DNA of 63,264 nucleotides, the filler included, from Sluysia triapertura (Eukaryota), in assembly GCA_046118255.1 (NCBI GenBank). It is 4 parts of 4 records of this genome, joined end to end, with 100 filler letters (N's around TTAATTAATTAA, not from the genome) between each part and the next. Parts side by side here need not be neighbours in the genome. Positions count along the whole stretch, not along the records: positions 1 to 17,030 come from JBJNIA010193382.1; positions 17,131 to 35,415 come from JBJNIA010159710.1; 2 more parts are not named here. One strand, written 5' to 3'. Below the pieces are notes generated by a model. It saw only the letters and a program-made list of their open reading frames with translations, was not told the origin of the DNA and made no database searches. Both the position numbers and the translations under genes were made by a program. Positions within the stretch are counted from its first letter, which is position 1. Each line of letters begins with the position of its first letter. Positions 11,507 to 24,055 of the stretch are shown piece by piece.

Positions 11507-14500
11507 GAATGAAATTATACGTGAACTTAGACGATAATTCAATAATAAAGAATTATGTATCCACGAAATTACATTATTTTTATTTAATTTAAAATATGAA
11601 GTGGAGTTTTATTTTTACTGTTTTGAGGAAAGGCCTTGAGCCGTTTTTTTATCGATTATAATTCTTGAGAATTTAATAGTAATGACAGATATTATTTTAC
11701 CATTATCAAATACTTAAAATTTAGAACGGATCTTAAGTCCATAATCAGTAATGTTGTTTTTTATAATGTAAATTATAAATTTCGGTTAATTTCACAACTT
11801 AAACATTTTAAATTACCCCGGCCATTTCTATATTATATTCTTGGCACAAACCATATCATTAACATATATCAAAACATATACCGACATAACATCTATTTCA
11901 TTTTCTAAATCTTTTTCTCACATACAAAACATTCGTTTGGACTACAATGTTTTATAATCAGATCCTCAACTCTTCGTAAGAGTGAGTCGAAGATAGACAC
12001 AATGAAATTTTGGAACTTTTTTAACTACCAAATCTTGTGGTAGTAAGGTGAACGCCTTGTGAATCTTTGTGTTCCTATAATTCTATTGTGCGACTTCATA
12101 TCCGCTTCAAGAACCACAAACCAAGTATTAAGGTCTCATTGCTGATAATGGAGTTTATCTCAGTTTGGTTGATAGATTATTCTTGGTTTACATTTATTTC
12201 TGCTGGTGAGTCGTTTGACCCAGAGAGTTGATGTTGGATTTTTATTGCTGCCCGGTTCAAAGCTCTTGTTCATTTTCAATGGATGAGAACTATATATGAA
12301 CCATGCAGTTTTTTGGTTTCAATAATTCATGGAGAATCGCTGTTTCTTTCTTTTGGATTAACATTTGTTTATATTAATGCGACAAGTTATGCATTTAATT
12401 TAATCAGTTGTTGAAATTCGTTTTGATTTGTTAGATTTATTAAAATTCGATTACCTTTACCATTTTTGCAAATTTGAGCTGTTGCTTTACTATGTTCGAA
12501 TTTGCAGGCCACTCAATAGATTTATAAGGATTATTTTTATCGATAGAAGCGGGCCCAGTTGAATTAAACCAAAAGTTATATTTTTGTTATCTTCAATGGA
12601 TTTGTTCCCATTCGTATTGAGTGGGTTTGTGTTGACTGGGGTAAAAGGGAAACAAGTAACATAGTTGACTGATGACAATCGGTGAGGTGATTTTCCTTTT
12701 TTGATCTATTGTCGTTTTTCCACCTAAGCAAAGGCGGGTACGATGGAGTCACCCACGTACGTAATGGAACCAATGCATTAGAACTCCGATAAAACGGTTT
12801 AATAAGAGGTTCTGGTGAATACTCGTTTAGTCATGCTTGTGATTTTATTTTTTAAATATGCAGTTTTGTGTGATTTTTCGTGCGTTATTAATACTATCAT
12901 GAATATTTTTATTACTAAGATTTATTGCTTTATGAATGTGGCTATCATTGTAGATAATTTTGAATTAGTATCACTTTTTAATATAGAACATTTTATTGAT
13001 GAAATAACATTTGTGTCCTGATTATTAGGTTTTGTTTTTTCGACACATATCTTTTCAGATACACATATACATAAATATATGCAAGTTCAGTCGAACAAAA
13101 GAATAAGAAGAAAAATTGATTATAAAGATAAAATATGTAATAATAATAACAATGACGTAATTATTATATATTTTAAAATAATGATGTTGATGATGCTGTG
13201 GTGTTACTATAAAAGTTATTATATGACAATCATAGTAATCATATTATATGACAATTATTACATATTTTAATACTGTTGTAAATGACATCAATGTGTGTAT
13301 ATGTGTTTATATAATATGATTTATTAACAATATACAACTATTTATATTGGATTATCGATTTATATTAATTATATTTGGATAACAATTATTATTATTAATT
13401 ATGTATTATTGATAAACAATTAAAACGATTATTATTCGGATTTTGATTATTAATTAATATTTGGATCAATTAATTTTAATTGAAAATGTCCAATTAAATC
13501 GCAACTAACGTAAGTATTTCATTAAATAAAATATATTAAATAAAGTAATTATAATATAAAATAAATAGTATTTTATTTTAATAAGATCAAGGTCAGCATA
13601 AAAGTATATGTAAGATCACACATTCAGATATATCACACACAAGAGTAAAACTTTTAAGAGTGGAATCAATTTCATTAGTTGCAAGAAGACATTTATTACA
13701 GCCATGATTTTCCTTACATAAATAGTTTACGTTAGTTTATTTTATTAAGTTATTGATACGAATTAAGTATCAACGCATAATAGACTTAAAATCCTTATTT
13801 TGTAAAAACTTTGGAAAACTCTTTAATAGTTTTCTCGAAAAATACATTTGCTAAATTTCGCCATTTAAAATTAACGTATTAGTTAATTCACGTAAATTTT
13901 TATTTATATTTATTGAACTGTTGTAAATTTTAAATTGGTGATAATATATGATTATTTAAAAGAAGAGTTTTTATTTTTATAGTTTCAAAATCATAAAATC
14001 TCCCGTGCCTCAAAGTTTTATCAGAATTTAATTCTGCTATCGTAAAATCTATTGATATAAATCCTTTTCATAGGATTTTCGTAAACTATTATAATAATAT
14101 AAAATTTAACTTTTGAATTGTTATTTTTCGGCCAGCAAAATATTCTAATACAGAATTTTGAAAAACTTCAATTTAAATTGCATCCTTAAATTAAGAATAC
14201 CTTGACACTAAATTAGCAAACACTTTAGATAGAATCTAGTGAACCTTAGCAAGTTACTCCCTTCTTCAATTGAAATTCTTTTATTTACAAATCCAACAGC
14301 TAGTCCTAACCGGTAAGCCTAGTACGTTAGTGAACTTACTTTATTCTATAAACAAAAAATTCTTACATCATTATTATACCTCTCTTTATTATATTCTTAT
14401 TGTTTGAAGAAGTATGCATAAATTTTTATATATCAATAAAAGAAAAATATGAAAAACAAAAACCAAAATTAAGAAATAAAATAATTTTTAAAAAATTAAA

Positions 14501-16344
14501 GAATGTTCCATAAATTTATAAATGCCAAAATAATCAATTAACGAGACTAATGTACAAAATAAAATAACTTTAATACAATCCTACGATTTATAATGACAAA
14601 GAATAAAGCATAATACTAATTTAAATTGTACTTTGATTTCTTTGTTCAAAATGAATAACAATTTTGAAAATTAAAAACAATAATAAAATTAAAATTTAAG
14701 ATCGTAGTTACATTAAGATACATTAACTTAAATTGAATATAAATCTAATCAAATATAAAACTTATTTTCAATAATATCTTTTGATACAGTACGCAACACG
14801 CTAACAATTTCAATAACGTCAATTTCAATAACATATTTAGAATGATCTCTTAATGAGCATTAATTTGATATATAATTTTATTATGTATGCTCATTATAAT
14901 ACATAGAAATTTAACTTAATAAAGAATATTAATTAAAACTGAGGATTTTACCTTATCTACTTTGACGTGTTTCGCACTGTCGTGGTGTACATAACACTGA
15001 TACATTTTATGATTGTGTTTCATTATGTGTGATACCCGCTCATATGCAAACATCGTAAGGAGAGTTATTGATTAAAAATGATTTTCAAACAATTTTAATG
15101 TAATTAATTAATTAATATACTTATAAATTTTTTGTAAAACTTTACCTTCAAGTTGCAATATCCTTGCCGTCCCTTTATCTTCTGACAACCTAACTCCTCT
15201 CTTTATGAACAGTAACTTGCATTAGGCTTTCTGCGAAACCACTATAATCTGTTAAAAGATTTAAAGAAACAGATTTAATGCTTTTAGAAAAATTTTAAGA
15301 GCTTCCAAACTTGTTCTAGTATCTGGGTCCGTGATTATTTTTGATAATGCTTATAAACAACGTTCATGAACAATATCTTTCACTATCTTCCAAAACAGTA
15401 ACATGTGTAAAATCATCAAATTCAACAGTTCCTGAACTACCTATCAGTATCATTTTCTTGATTTGTGTAGGGAAGATGTAGAAACTTAAAAGAAAAAAAT
15501 GATTCAGTTAGCTTTTATAAAAATTTCATTCTCATATTGCTTTGGTGTTTTGGTTGCTTTAAAGTTTAATGACTTCATATGTTTAATTGTTTAATTTTTT
15601 GAATGTTTTTCTATTGTTATAAGTGTGATGTTTTGTTAATTTTATGGAATAAAATTCTAAGTGAAAGGTTTAACCACTACAATGTGGTTAAATTTCAATC
15701 ATATCACAATGAGCTGAGATTCCACTTGATTAGCGTCATCAAAATTATATTCAGAGTCCCTTTTTGTACGTTATGAGTAGTTTCATCAAAAAAGAATAAG
15801 TAATCGACATTTAACAACCTTATGTTGCACAAGAGTCGTGTTAATCGAACAATCCAAATTTATGCTACACTCTAACTAAAGTCGTTTAATATTTCAAGCT
15901 CTATACTTTTAACAGTTTACAGATGCAATTAAAACATTCAAATTACCAAACCATGAGAGTAACTAAATACGTGAAAGATATATTGATATACTCAACATCA
16001 TTCTGACGCCTTCCAAGTTCGTAAGGTGATTTATTATAAAAGGCTGAAATTCTTCAATTCATTCTGAATCGTTCTTTGGAAATCACAGTTTAATACTTCT
16101 TGCAAACGTAACACAAATTGTATTTTTATATTTTAAGGTTTCCGCCATTTTCCCCAGATGTTTAGGATTAGCTCATAATTGTTTCTCTTGGTCCACGGAC
16201 CTATTTCTGATGCTATTATTGTCTTTTAACTTATCTCATTTGATGATGCACCCAAAACTTCATCTATTGTATTACAATCCCGTCTTCATGCAATGAGAAT
16301 AAAAGCTTTATAAACCTATTTTAATTTAAAGTAATAACATAAAA

Positions 16345-16367
16345 ATTATTATTATTATTATTATTAC

Positions 16368-16414
<47 letters not shown>
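16345..16414. repeat. (ATT)n microsatellite
   Basis: Direct trinucleotide run. Confidence 0.95.
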
Positions 16415-16415
<1 letters not shown>

Positions 16416-17030
16416 TTTTTTGAACCAACTTTTACCATAATTTAATTTATTCTTTATGTTTGTCGAAATTTACATTTTGTTTTTGCTTTTATATGTCTTA
16501 TGTGAGCTCACTATGATACTGGACTTAATCACGAATGGCCAGCACATAGATTTGTAGCGTCAAAAGAAAGAATGGAGATGTATAGTATGGATTCTGCGTG
16601 TTACTTTAGTCTGAACACTTATAATGTATGTATTTTCCTATTACGAATAAGAAATTTGATATAGCTCGATTTCTCACAATAATAAAAAGTATAGATGTAA
16701 CATAATTATTTATTAATAAAATAACAAAAATGCAACTAAATATGATCACATAAAATGTCAAATTGACTGTGAAATAAGCAATCGAATACACAAAATATTA
16801 TATATTTAGTATTAGTTCCATTCTTGTTATAATTACATAAAAATGTCAAACTTAATAAGTAATCAAATGCACAAAATGTTAGTATTTATTCACTATTTAT
16901 TATAATTACACGAAAATGTCGAATCAGATACACAAAATGTTAATATTGTAGGCATGGCCGGGGTTTATTGTTATTATTGAAATAAAATTTATGATTAAAA
17001 CTTATTATTTTAAAATAATTAAAATTTGAT

Positions 17031-17130
17031 NNNNNNNNNNNNNNNNNNNNNNNNNNNNNNNNNNNNNNNNNNNNTTAATTAATTAANNNNNNNNNNNNNN
17101 NNNNNNNNNNNNNNNNNNNNNNNNNNNNNN
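17031..17130. other. Assembly linker gap (44N + TTAATTAATTAA + 44N)
   Basis: 100-bp N block with a central six-frame-stop 12-mer; identical at two other sites. Confidence 0.97.
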
Positions 17131-17338
17131 TTCTTTTATTTTACACTGTGAAGCAGTAACCACTATAACATCGAGTACACTCATAGCCGTTACTACTTCA
17201 CAGCCTTGTATTCATCTCATGTTCATTTCTTTTTATCATTACATATATAGAACAACGAAAGATTAAAAGCAAGTTCTTGTTAAAAGAAACAAAGATTTAT
17301 GTAATTTTGCCTATTTTATCCTTATTACTGACATTTTA

Positions 17339-17340
<2 letters not shown>

Positions 17341-17402
<62 letters not shown>
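17341..17402. repeat. (ATT)n microsatellite
   Basis: Direct trinucleotide run. Confidence 0.95.
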
Positions 17403-17403
<1 letters not shown>

Positions 17404-17523
17404 GTTATTATCATTTTTTAATTATTAAATGTAATTATCATCGGCGACAATGCACTAATTCATCAACAAACAGCTGTCTACAATGACGCCACATAAATGA
17501 AAAACTTAGTACTAATTACTTTC

Positions 17524-17575
17524 ACCCAATCAGAGTGAACTCAGGATACTCAAAACCAAAATACTCTGATTGGGT
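17524..17575. promoter_or_regulatory. Inverted CCAAT-box pair (14-bp perfect inverted repeat)
   Basis: CACCCAATCAGAGT ... ACTCTGATTGGGTG, about 290 bp upstream of the 270-aa ORF. Confidence 0.45.
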
Positions 17576-17863
17576 GGACAACACACAAGGCAAAAGTGAG
17601 AACAACAAAAAATTAAAAATAAAAAACGATTTAACAGAAAAGAAAGAAAAACAAAAATTAGAAAATCAAAAAAGTTTAAAAAAGCAATTTACGACGTACA
17701 GAGTTAAAAAATAATTTTATTTTAAATCATTTCATAGGTGATAATTGTTAATAAATATAAAATATTTTAATCGGAAATTTTCAAATTCGGGAATAAGCTT
17801 ATATTTAAAGCATCAAGAAAAGAAAAAAGAAAACAAACGGCTATCGACAGCAGCAAACGAACT

Positions 17864-18676
17864 ATGAGTGACAGAATTATCGAGTCAAATTTTCCAATCA
17901 AGACAGATTATGATTGCGAGAAATCTATGCAAGCTGGTAACAATATAATCCATCAACGTGAACGAACAACATCAAAATTTAGTGATATTATGTTGCCTTT
18001 AACAAATATAATTGTGGCTGTATTCGAGGCTCTATTATTATGGGAAATGCGCTCTCTTGTAACGAATCTATATATTATCAAGAAATATTTCAACAAATTG
18101 TGCGATTACGTTAAAATTTTTGTGAAGGTAAACAGAACGTCTCAAGTGAATAAGAAGTATCGTGTCAAGCACTCCGAAGTTAATGAAGTTATGAATGAAG
18201 TATCCCAGATCACGGATTTAGCGATTAATTGGAATTACAAATACGCTCCAAAGTTTAAGAGAATCAAAACCAGAAGGTTACAACCAACATTAGCATTATG
18301 TATTGAACAATGGCATAGATCATCTTTAGATCGAAACGTTATGGCAAATAACCACTTGGAATTATTAAATCGAAATACTAAACCCATGAGAACGAAACTG
18401 AAGTCTGCTTATATTAAAATAAATGATATCAACAAAGATGATGAATTTAATCCAGATGAAGAACAAGGAGAAATGAAGAATGGGAATCACTCAAGAAACC
18501 CATTGCTGGATGATCACGATGGTCCTGGTTATGGCAGATTCACCCGTCAATTCTCGAAGAAAGAAAAGTGTCTTGCAATCAGAGTGGTGAACGTGAAAAC
18601 ATCTAGAGCCTTCCGAATATCTTATAAACTCCTAAATAACTTTAGAACCTTAATAAAACCTTTAAACATACAATAA
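17864..18676 (+). CDS. Intronless orphan ORF, 270 aa, unknown function
   Basis: Long uninterrupted ATG-initiated ORF in very AT-rich DNA, with higher GC than its flanks and one hydrophobic stretch (IMLPLTNIIVAVFEALLLW). No family recognised. Confidence 0.5.
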   Translation: MSDRIIESNFPIKTDYDCEKSMQAGNNIIHQRERTTSKFSDIMLPLTNIIVAVFEALLLWEMRSLVTNLYIIKKYFNKLCDYVKIFVKVNRTSQVNKKYRVKHSEVNEVMNEVSQITDLAINWNYKYAPKFKRIKTRRLQPTLALCIEQWHRSSLDRNVMANNHLELLNRNTKPMRTKLKSAYIKINDINKDDEFNPDEEQGEMKNGNHSRNPLLDDHDGPGYGRFTRQFSKKEKCLAIRVVNVKTSRAFRISYKLLNNFRTLIKPLNIQ

Positions 18677-19978
18677 GATTAATAGATTAATTAATTTGTA
18701 AATAACGTTTGAATGCGGAATGCCACGTTAAATTGGAAACTCTGTATGTTTTAAAAAGACCTTTCGATGAAGATATTGTTTGACCGAGTTCACGCAAGGA
18801 AAACCTTAATATTAATTAATTAATCCTAATTAATTAATTTTTATTTATGGAATGTTGAATTTTTAGTACTTAGAATAAGGAAAATATAATGAATTACATG
18901 AGATGATTGCTATGAAAAGGGAGAATCTAGAAGTGAGTACGAAATGTTTGTAGAGTGGTTTGTTTGAGAATAAGAAACTTAAACATTTTTCATAAGGAAA
19001 TTAGATGTGAAAAACCAAAAATCAATTAAATTCTGAAAACTAAAATTAAATTCATTATTTTTTATGATTGTTAATGTGAGAATTAAAATAAAAGTAGATT
19101 GAGTAGTGTAAAGGAAAATAATAGATAATCATAAATCACTTTCATGTGTTCTGTGTCTAGAAAAATTTGACAGGCAGTACTATACAACTGCCAGAGTTAT
19201 TATTGCCGGTTAAATTCTAAAATAATGTTGCAGTGATTTGTGTGATAGAATGTTTAATCGCAAATATGGGAATAATTGGATAAGAAAATATAAAAAGGAA
19301 TACTTAAAAATTTTACTTCACAACAACCCAACAATGATAATAATTAGTAATGCAAATGAGAAGATGCATGATTTAAGGAATTTTTGAATTTATTTTATAA
19401 TTAAAAATAATATTATTTTGGGGGGATTTTATTAAAATAGTTTTTGTTTTTGTGTTGTGTTGGGAAATTTATATTTGATAAGCGTGAATATTTTTCTTAG
19501 TGTTGCATCACTTCTGGATAGATTATTGTGGTCTTAATATTGTCATAAATATTATTGTTAATTTTGAAATTTAGTCATTCTTACTTATCTCACTTGCAAT
19601 AGTGTTAAAGTAGAAATTTATAATAATCACTTGTATTTGATTTTGTAATTATTGAGTCATTGTTATTAATTTGAATTAAGAACAAAACTTTTGGGTTGAA
19701 TAAATATCATTAGTAAAATAAGAAAATTTGTGACAATTTGATCTCGTGAATATTCAAATTATTTGAGATTCTATTTAAGCAAATTAAATTGAAATTGGTT
19801 TATTATTACTATTAATTTCAAAGACGCAACATAATAAATGCAAAACTACTTTTATTAATTTACTTAATGTTAGTAATAATATTAATAATGATAAATAAAT
19901 AATATTATAGTTAATAAAATAGTAGTAATTTTATTAATAATAATGATACTGTCAATAATACTAATGTCAACAATAGTG

Positions 19979-20023
<45 letters not shown>

Positions 20024-21565
20024 TTAATAATAATAAAATAATGATAGTAAAAATATTAATAGTAATAATATATACAATATTATAATTGAATATAATAAAA
20101 GTTAATAATAAGAAAAATAAAATATAGAATTTTAATATAAACTGAAATTATAATAACATTGCATTAATAATGTTGTATCAGGAAAATGTCATGTAAACAA
20201 CATGTAAATTTTATATAATTAAAATGATAATAGATTTTGAACATATCATTTTCGTAATTAATATTAGAAATAAAAATATTAATTATTTTATTTTATTAAT
20301 TTAAATAAAAAAATTAATCATCACGCAACATTTTTGAATCAAGAAAAAAGAAAAGTAATTAGTTTTCAAAAAAGTTAATATAAAAGCAAGTAATTAATAA
20401 AGAAAAAGGTAAACCTTTTATGTATATATACGAACGCTATCGTCAGATAAACGTTGATTCGTTAGAGAATTCATTCATTCTGGTACCATCAGATTGATAT
20501 ATTTTGTCTTTTCTGAGTATTCGCTCATTTTGATTTTATTCGATCAATTCATCTTATCCTTTTTGAATATTCCATGAATAAGTCGTAAGTTAATTATTTA
20601 TAAGTTCTCTCCTTATAAAAAATAGACTAAAATCTTTAAATATTTTGGCTCAAATAATTTCAGCCTTAAAATCAGTTTAAAATTATTTTTTTTAATTAAG
20701 ATCAACCTTATTTATTAATCTTGTCATGTATCTAAATTATGATTTTATACTTTTGAAGTTTTATTAACAATAAAACATAGTTATTTTGTTAAAGTTAGAT
20801 ATTACGTAGACTCAGAAGAACTCTCAGAGTGGTCACGTTTGAATTTAAAAATAAAATCATGTAACTGCATCTTCTCAAAGACATGATAATATAAAACGCT
20901 GAACCAATCAATTAGATGTCAGATTTGCTACATCAGTTTAAGAAGACCTAAGTTGAGTAGTAATAATAATAGTAGTAGTAGTGAGTTGTAGTGATAGTAG
21001 TGTTATTGAAGATGGATAATTTTATGTAGATTTGATTGTTGTTTAATAAGTTTATATTTTTGTACTGTTATAAAGATGAATCACAATAACGTTAATCTTT
21101 AATTACTACATAATGTAGTATTTCTATAATTATTTATACATTTTTGATACTTAGAACAATAAATAGTTTAGATAAATTGATTGTACTATTTATGAATAAT
21201 TGAATTTTGGATAATAGTTTAAAGTATTGTTATCAAATTGTTACTGATAAAAACTCAGTATCCCTATTCAGTGTTTCAATTAGTTAATTTGTTAATAAAT
21301 TGGTTGAATCGCTAACAGAAATTTAAATAACTGCCCAGCTGAAGTACAAAAGATTAGAATTAATCGTAGTAGAATATAAAGTATATTCAGAAGCAATATT
21401 ATAAAGGCCCGTAAGTATTAAAAATCAAAACCTATAGATACGTCATTGCGTTTGACATAAATCATTGACCGCAGGCGAACCCTTTGTCTTGTAAATTCAT
21501 TTTGGTAAGATAATTTATTCTTAAAACACTTGCACATGTAAAAAAATTATTTAAATTCCATTATA

Positions 21566-22025
21566 CAGTAGTGGCCAAGTCATTAGACTAAAGACCATAT
21601 TTGTGATAAAATTCAACGTTTTTTGAAACTATTAATCAAAATGTAAAATGTTGGAAAATAACTACTTCGTCCAAAAAATTCTGCTGAAAGTAAAATAATA
21701 GATAAAAATACTGAGATCCAAAACATACAGAAATTTTATTCATGTAGAATGATGACACAATTTACTACAAATCAAATATGTACTTTGTTTATCCTCCTTT
21801 GTTATCCAATAATTTTCTGATTCTTAAAGGCATGCCACAGATGAGCTTGGATCACAAGTCTTTGATCTCGTTATCGTGATGCCATACTTTTATCACATCT
21901 TGGTGGTTGGTTTATGGGTAGAAATTTTACTTTTTGACAATCTCATACAAATTTTCTATGGGATTCATGTCTGGAGAGTTTTCAGGCCAGGGTAGCAAAT
22001 ATTAAGAAAACCAAATAAAAACATA
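21566..22025 (-). mobile_element. Tc1-family non-autonomous element (transposase C-terminal remnant)
   Basis: TA + CAGTAGTGGCCAAGTCATTAGACTA terminus. The minus strand reads LLPWPENSPDMNPIENLY...LICGMPLRIRKLLDNKGG*TKY (Tc1 WPxxSPDxNPIE and KGGxTKY motifs). Confidence 0.9.
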
Positions 22026-22909
22026 ATTTGATGCAAAAAAGCATTTATTTAAAATAATAGTAATAATAAATTGAAAATAAATATTAGTAATAAACACAGA
22101 TCCAAAATATGAATTACAAATTATTTAAATGATCTTTTATGAAAGCATCAGTAAAAATAAATGTCATATTTACATGCAAAGTAAGCTATAAAAGATAACA
22201 AATATAAACTTAAAGCAACAATACAAACTTTTTATTTAACCCTTCGAAATCACTAGAAATCACTAATATTTCATAAGCATTCTTGGCAGAAGAAAATATT
22301 ATCAAATTATTATTAGCATATATATATATGCGTGTGTGTATATGTGTGTGAAAATCGAATTTGTACACCTGGTTTTTAAAAAATAATATCTTGCAATGTA
22401 AATAGTTTGTTGATTTTACATACATGTATAGTGTGTGTGGAATGACATTTATCGATGATTTTTCTAATTTAATCAATTACATAAATCAGTATTTTATAAA
22501 TACCTTACGTAATTGATATTTATGTCTGATAATTTTTAGATTTTCTGGCCAAAAATAGAAAGTTAGTTTTTGCTTATGATGATTGTGATTGTAAGCGATA
22601 AAAATTAATTTATTCACAGTATTAAATTAAACCAAAAACTTCGCTATTTTTTTAGCTTGTCTAATTTTGAATTAGCAAATTTAACATGGATTTTCAAAGA
22701 CCAATCAAATTAAGAGATTTACTTTCATAAAATCTGATTGGTTATTTTAATTTTTTTAATAATATTGGTTTTTAATTTATATTTATTGAATAAGTTTACA
22801 ATGGATAAAAATCTAAAAATAATTAAAAATATACAGTTTATACTTTTTATGTAAAAAAATTATTAAATGACGTTTTGATTTTTGTTGATTGTTACTATTT
22901 TTAGTATTA

Positions 22910-23443
22910 TTATGATACTGATTCATTTAAAAAATCTGATTTTAAATTATTTTTAACAAGAGAAACAATACTATTACTATTTTTTGTATCAGTATCTAAT
23001 TTATACTTCATGTGTGTGTTGAATTGTTGTAAGCAATATATCATATCAGTTTCAAATAGTGGGAAATGTGATGGTGGGTTCGTTATTATGTAGCGTTTAT
23101 TGATGTTACTAGATAAATCGGGATCATTTGGCACACTACTTGGAGCACCGGAAATGCCTAATTTTGATTGGTTAATAGCATTATTTGACAAATTGACTCT
23201 ATTTCCATTTGCCTCACTCGTATAATTGTTTTCAACATCTTTATTATCACAATCATGACTCATCAACCTGTATACACCAATACAAAGTATAAAGTATTTT
23301 TGAAGAGCTTCGATTAACAGAGTACCATACTGACAAATGTAAGAGGTCTGGGAAAGTTTTTGTGATGAAGTAGTAGAAACTTGTCGAGGAGTAGTCATAG
23401 TAATATTAGAAAGAGGCTTCGAGTCGACACGAAGAAGTTGAAT
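22910..23443 (-). CDS. KCNMA1: BK/Slo1 channel alpha subunit, terminal exon (end of RCK2)
   Basis: Acceptor ttttcag|ATT, phase 0. IQLLRVD...QYGTLLIEALQKYFILCIGVYRL...KRYIITNPPSHFPLFETDMIYCLQQF matches Slo1 [22 protein letters not shown]...KRYVITNPP...TDLIFCLMQF. Confidence 0.92.
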   Translation of the reverse strand: MQLLRVDSKPLSNITMTTPRQVSTTSSQKLSQTSYICQYGTLLIEALQKYFILCIGVYRLMSHDCDNKDVENNYTSEANGNRVNLSNNAINQSKLGISGAPSSVPNDPDLSSNINKRYIITNPPSHFPLFETDMIYCLQQFNTHMKYKLDTDTKNSNSIVSLVKNNLKSDFLNESVS

Positions 23444-23838
23444 CTGAAAAATGTTTCATCTATTACAAAATAAACAATGGATATTGTAGGTCCTACTTTT
23501 CGAATATAAAATTTCCTAAACTAATTTCTGTGGAACAGTGTTGCTCCACTCGTGTTCCATTGCATTCTTTGCGGGAAACGAGTTTAACACGTTCTGCACA
23601 TAGTATCGCTAGGGGGAGCTGACAAAACTCGGATTTTTGTATTTGTTTATAAATAAAAATTCAAACAAAAAATGTACAAATGTCCAAAAATTGTCCACTT
23701 TTAAGCTTGGGTTGGGGCTAAAATAGGCCGCATAGAATATGTTAATATTATAAAGTATAAAATATAATTCGAGCGGGATCGTTTATAATTTTTTTGTACT
23801 TTTTTTCAAAAACAAGGTTCTAAGATGTGTTTTCTCAA

Positions 23839-24055
23839 CCCATTCGCTGGCAACCACGAATATATTCGTGATATATTACAACTTGTGGAACTTGCAAACC
23901 TTTTATGGCCACAAACATAAATATATACCAGTGTAAAAACTTGAAAAAAGCTACAATTAAACTCTACTTTATTTAAAAAGTATGATATTGTATTTTAATT
24001 ATTTAATTAAGCAGAAATGACAATGTGAATAACTTCATACAATTTAGCGAATGAG
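23839..24055. mobile_element. piggyBac-type MITE, 217 bp
   Basis: tcaa|CCCATTCGCT...AGCGAATGAG|ttaa inverted termini with a TTAA-like TSD. Internal palindrome CACGAATATATTCGTG. Sequence is shared with the element at 61995. Confidence 0.7.

Noticed and set aside
17075-17086. TTAATTAATTAA palindrome embedded in Ns, three times
   Set aside because: Identical 44N-12-44N structure each time: an artificial six-frame-stop linker, not a biological motif.
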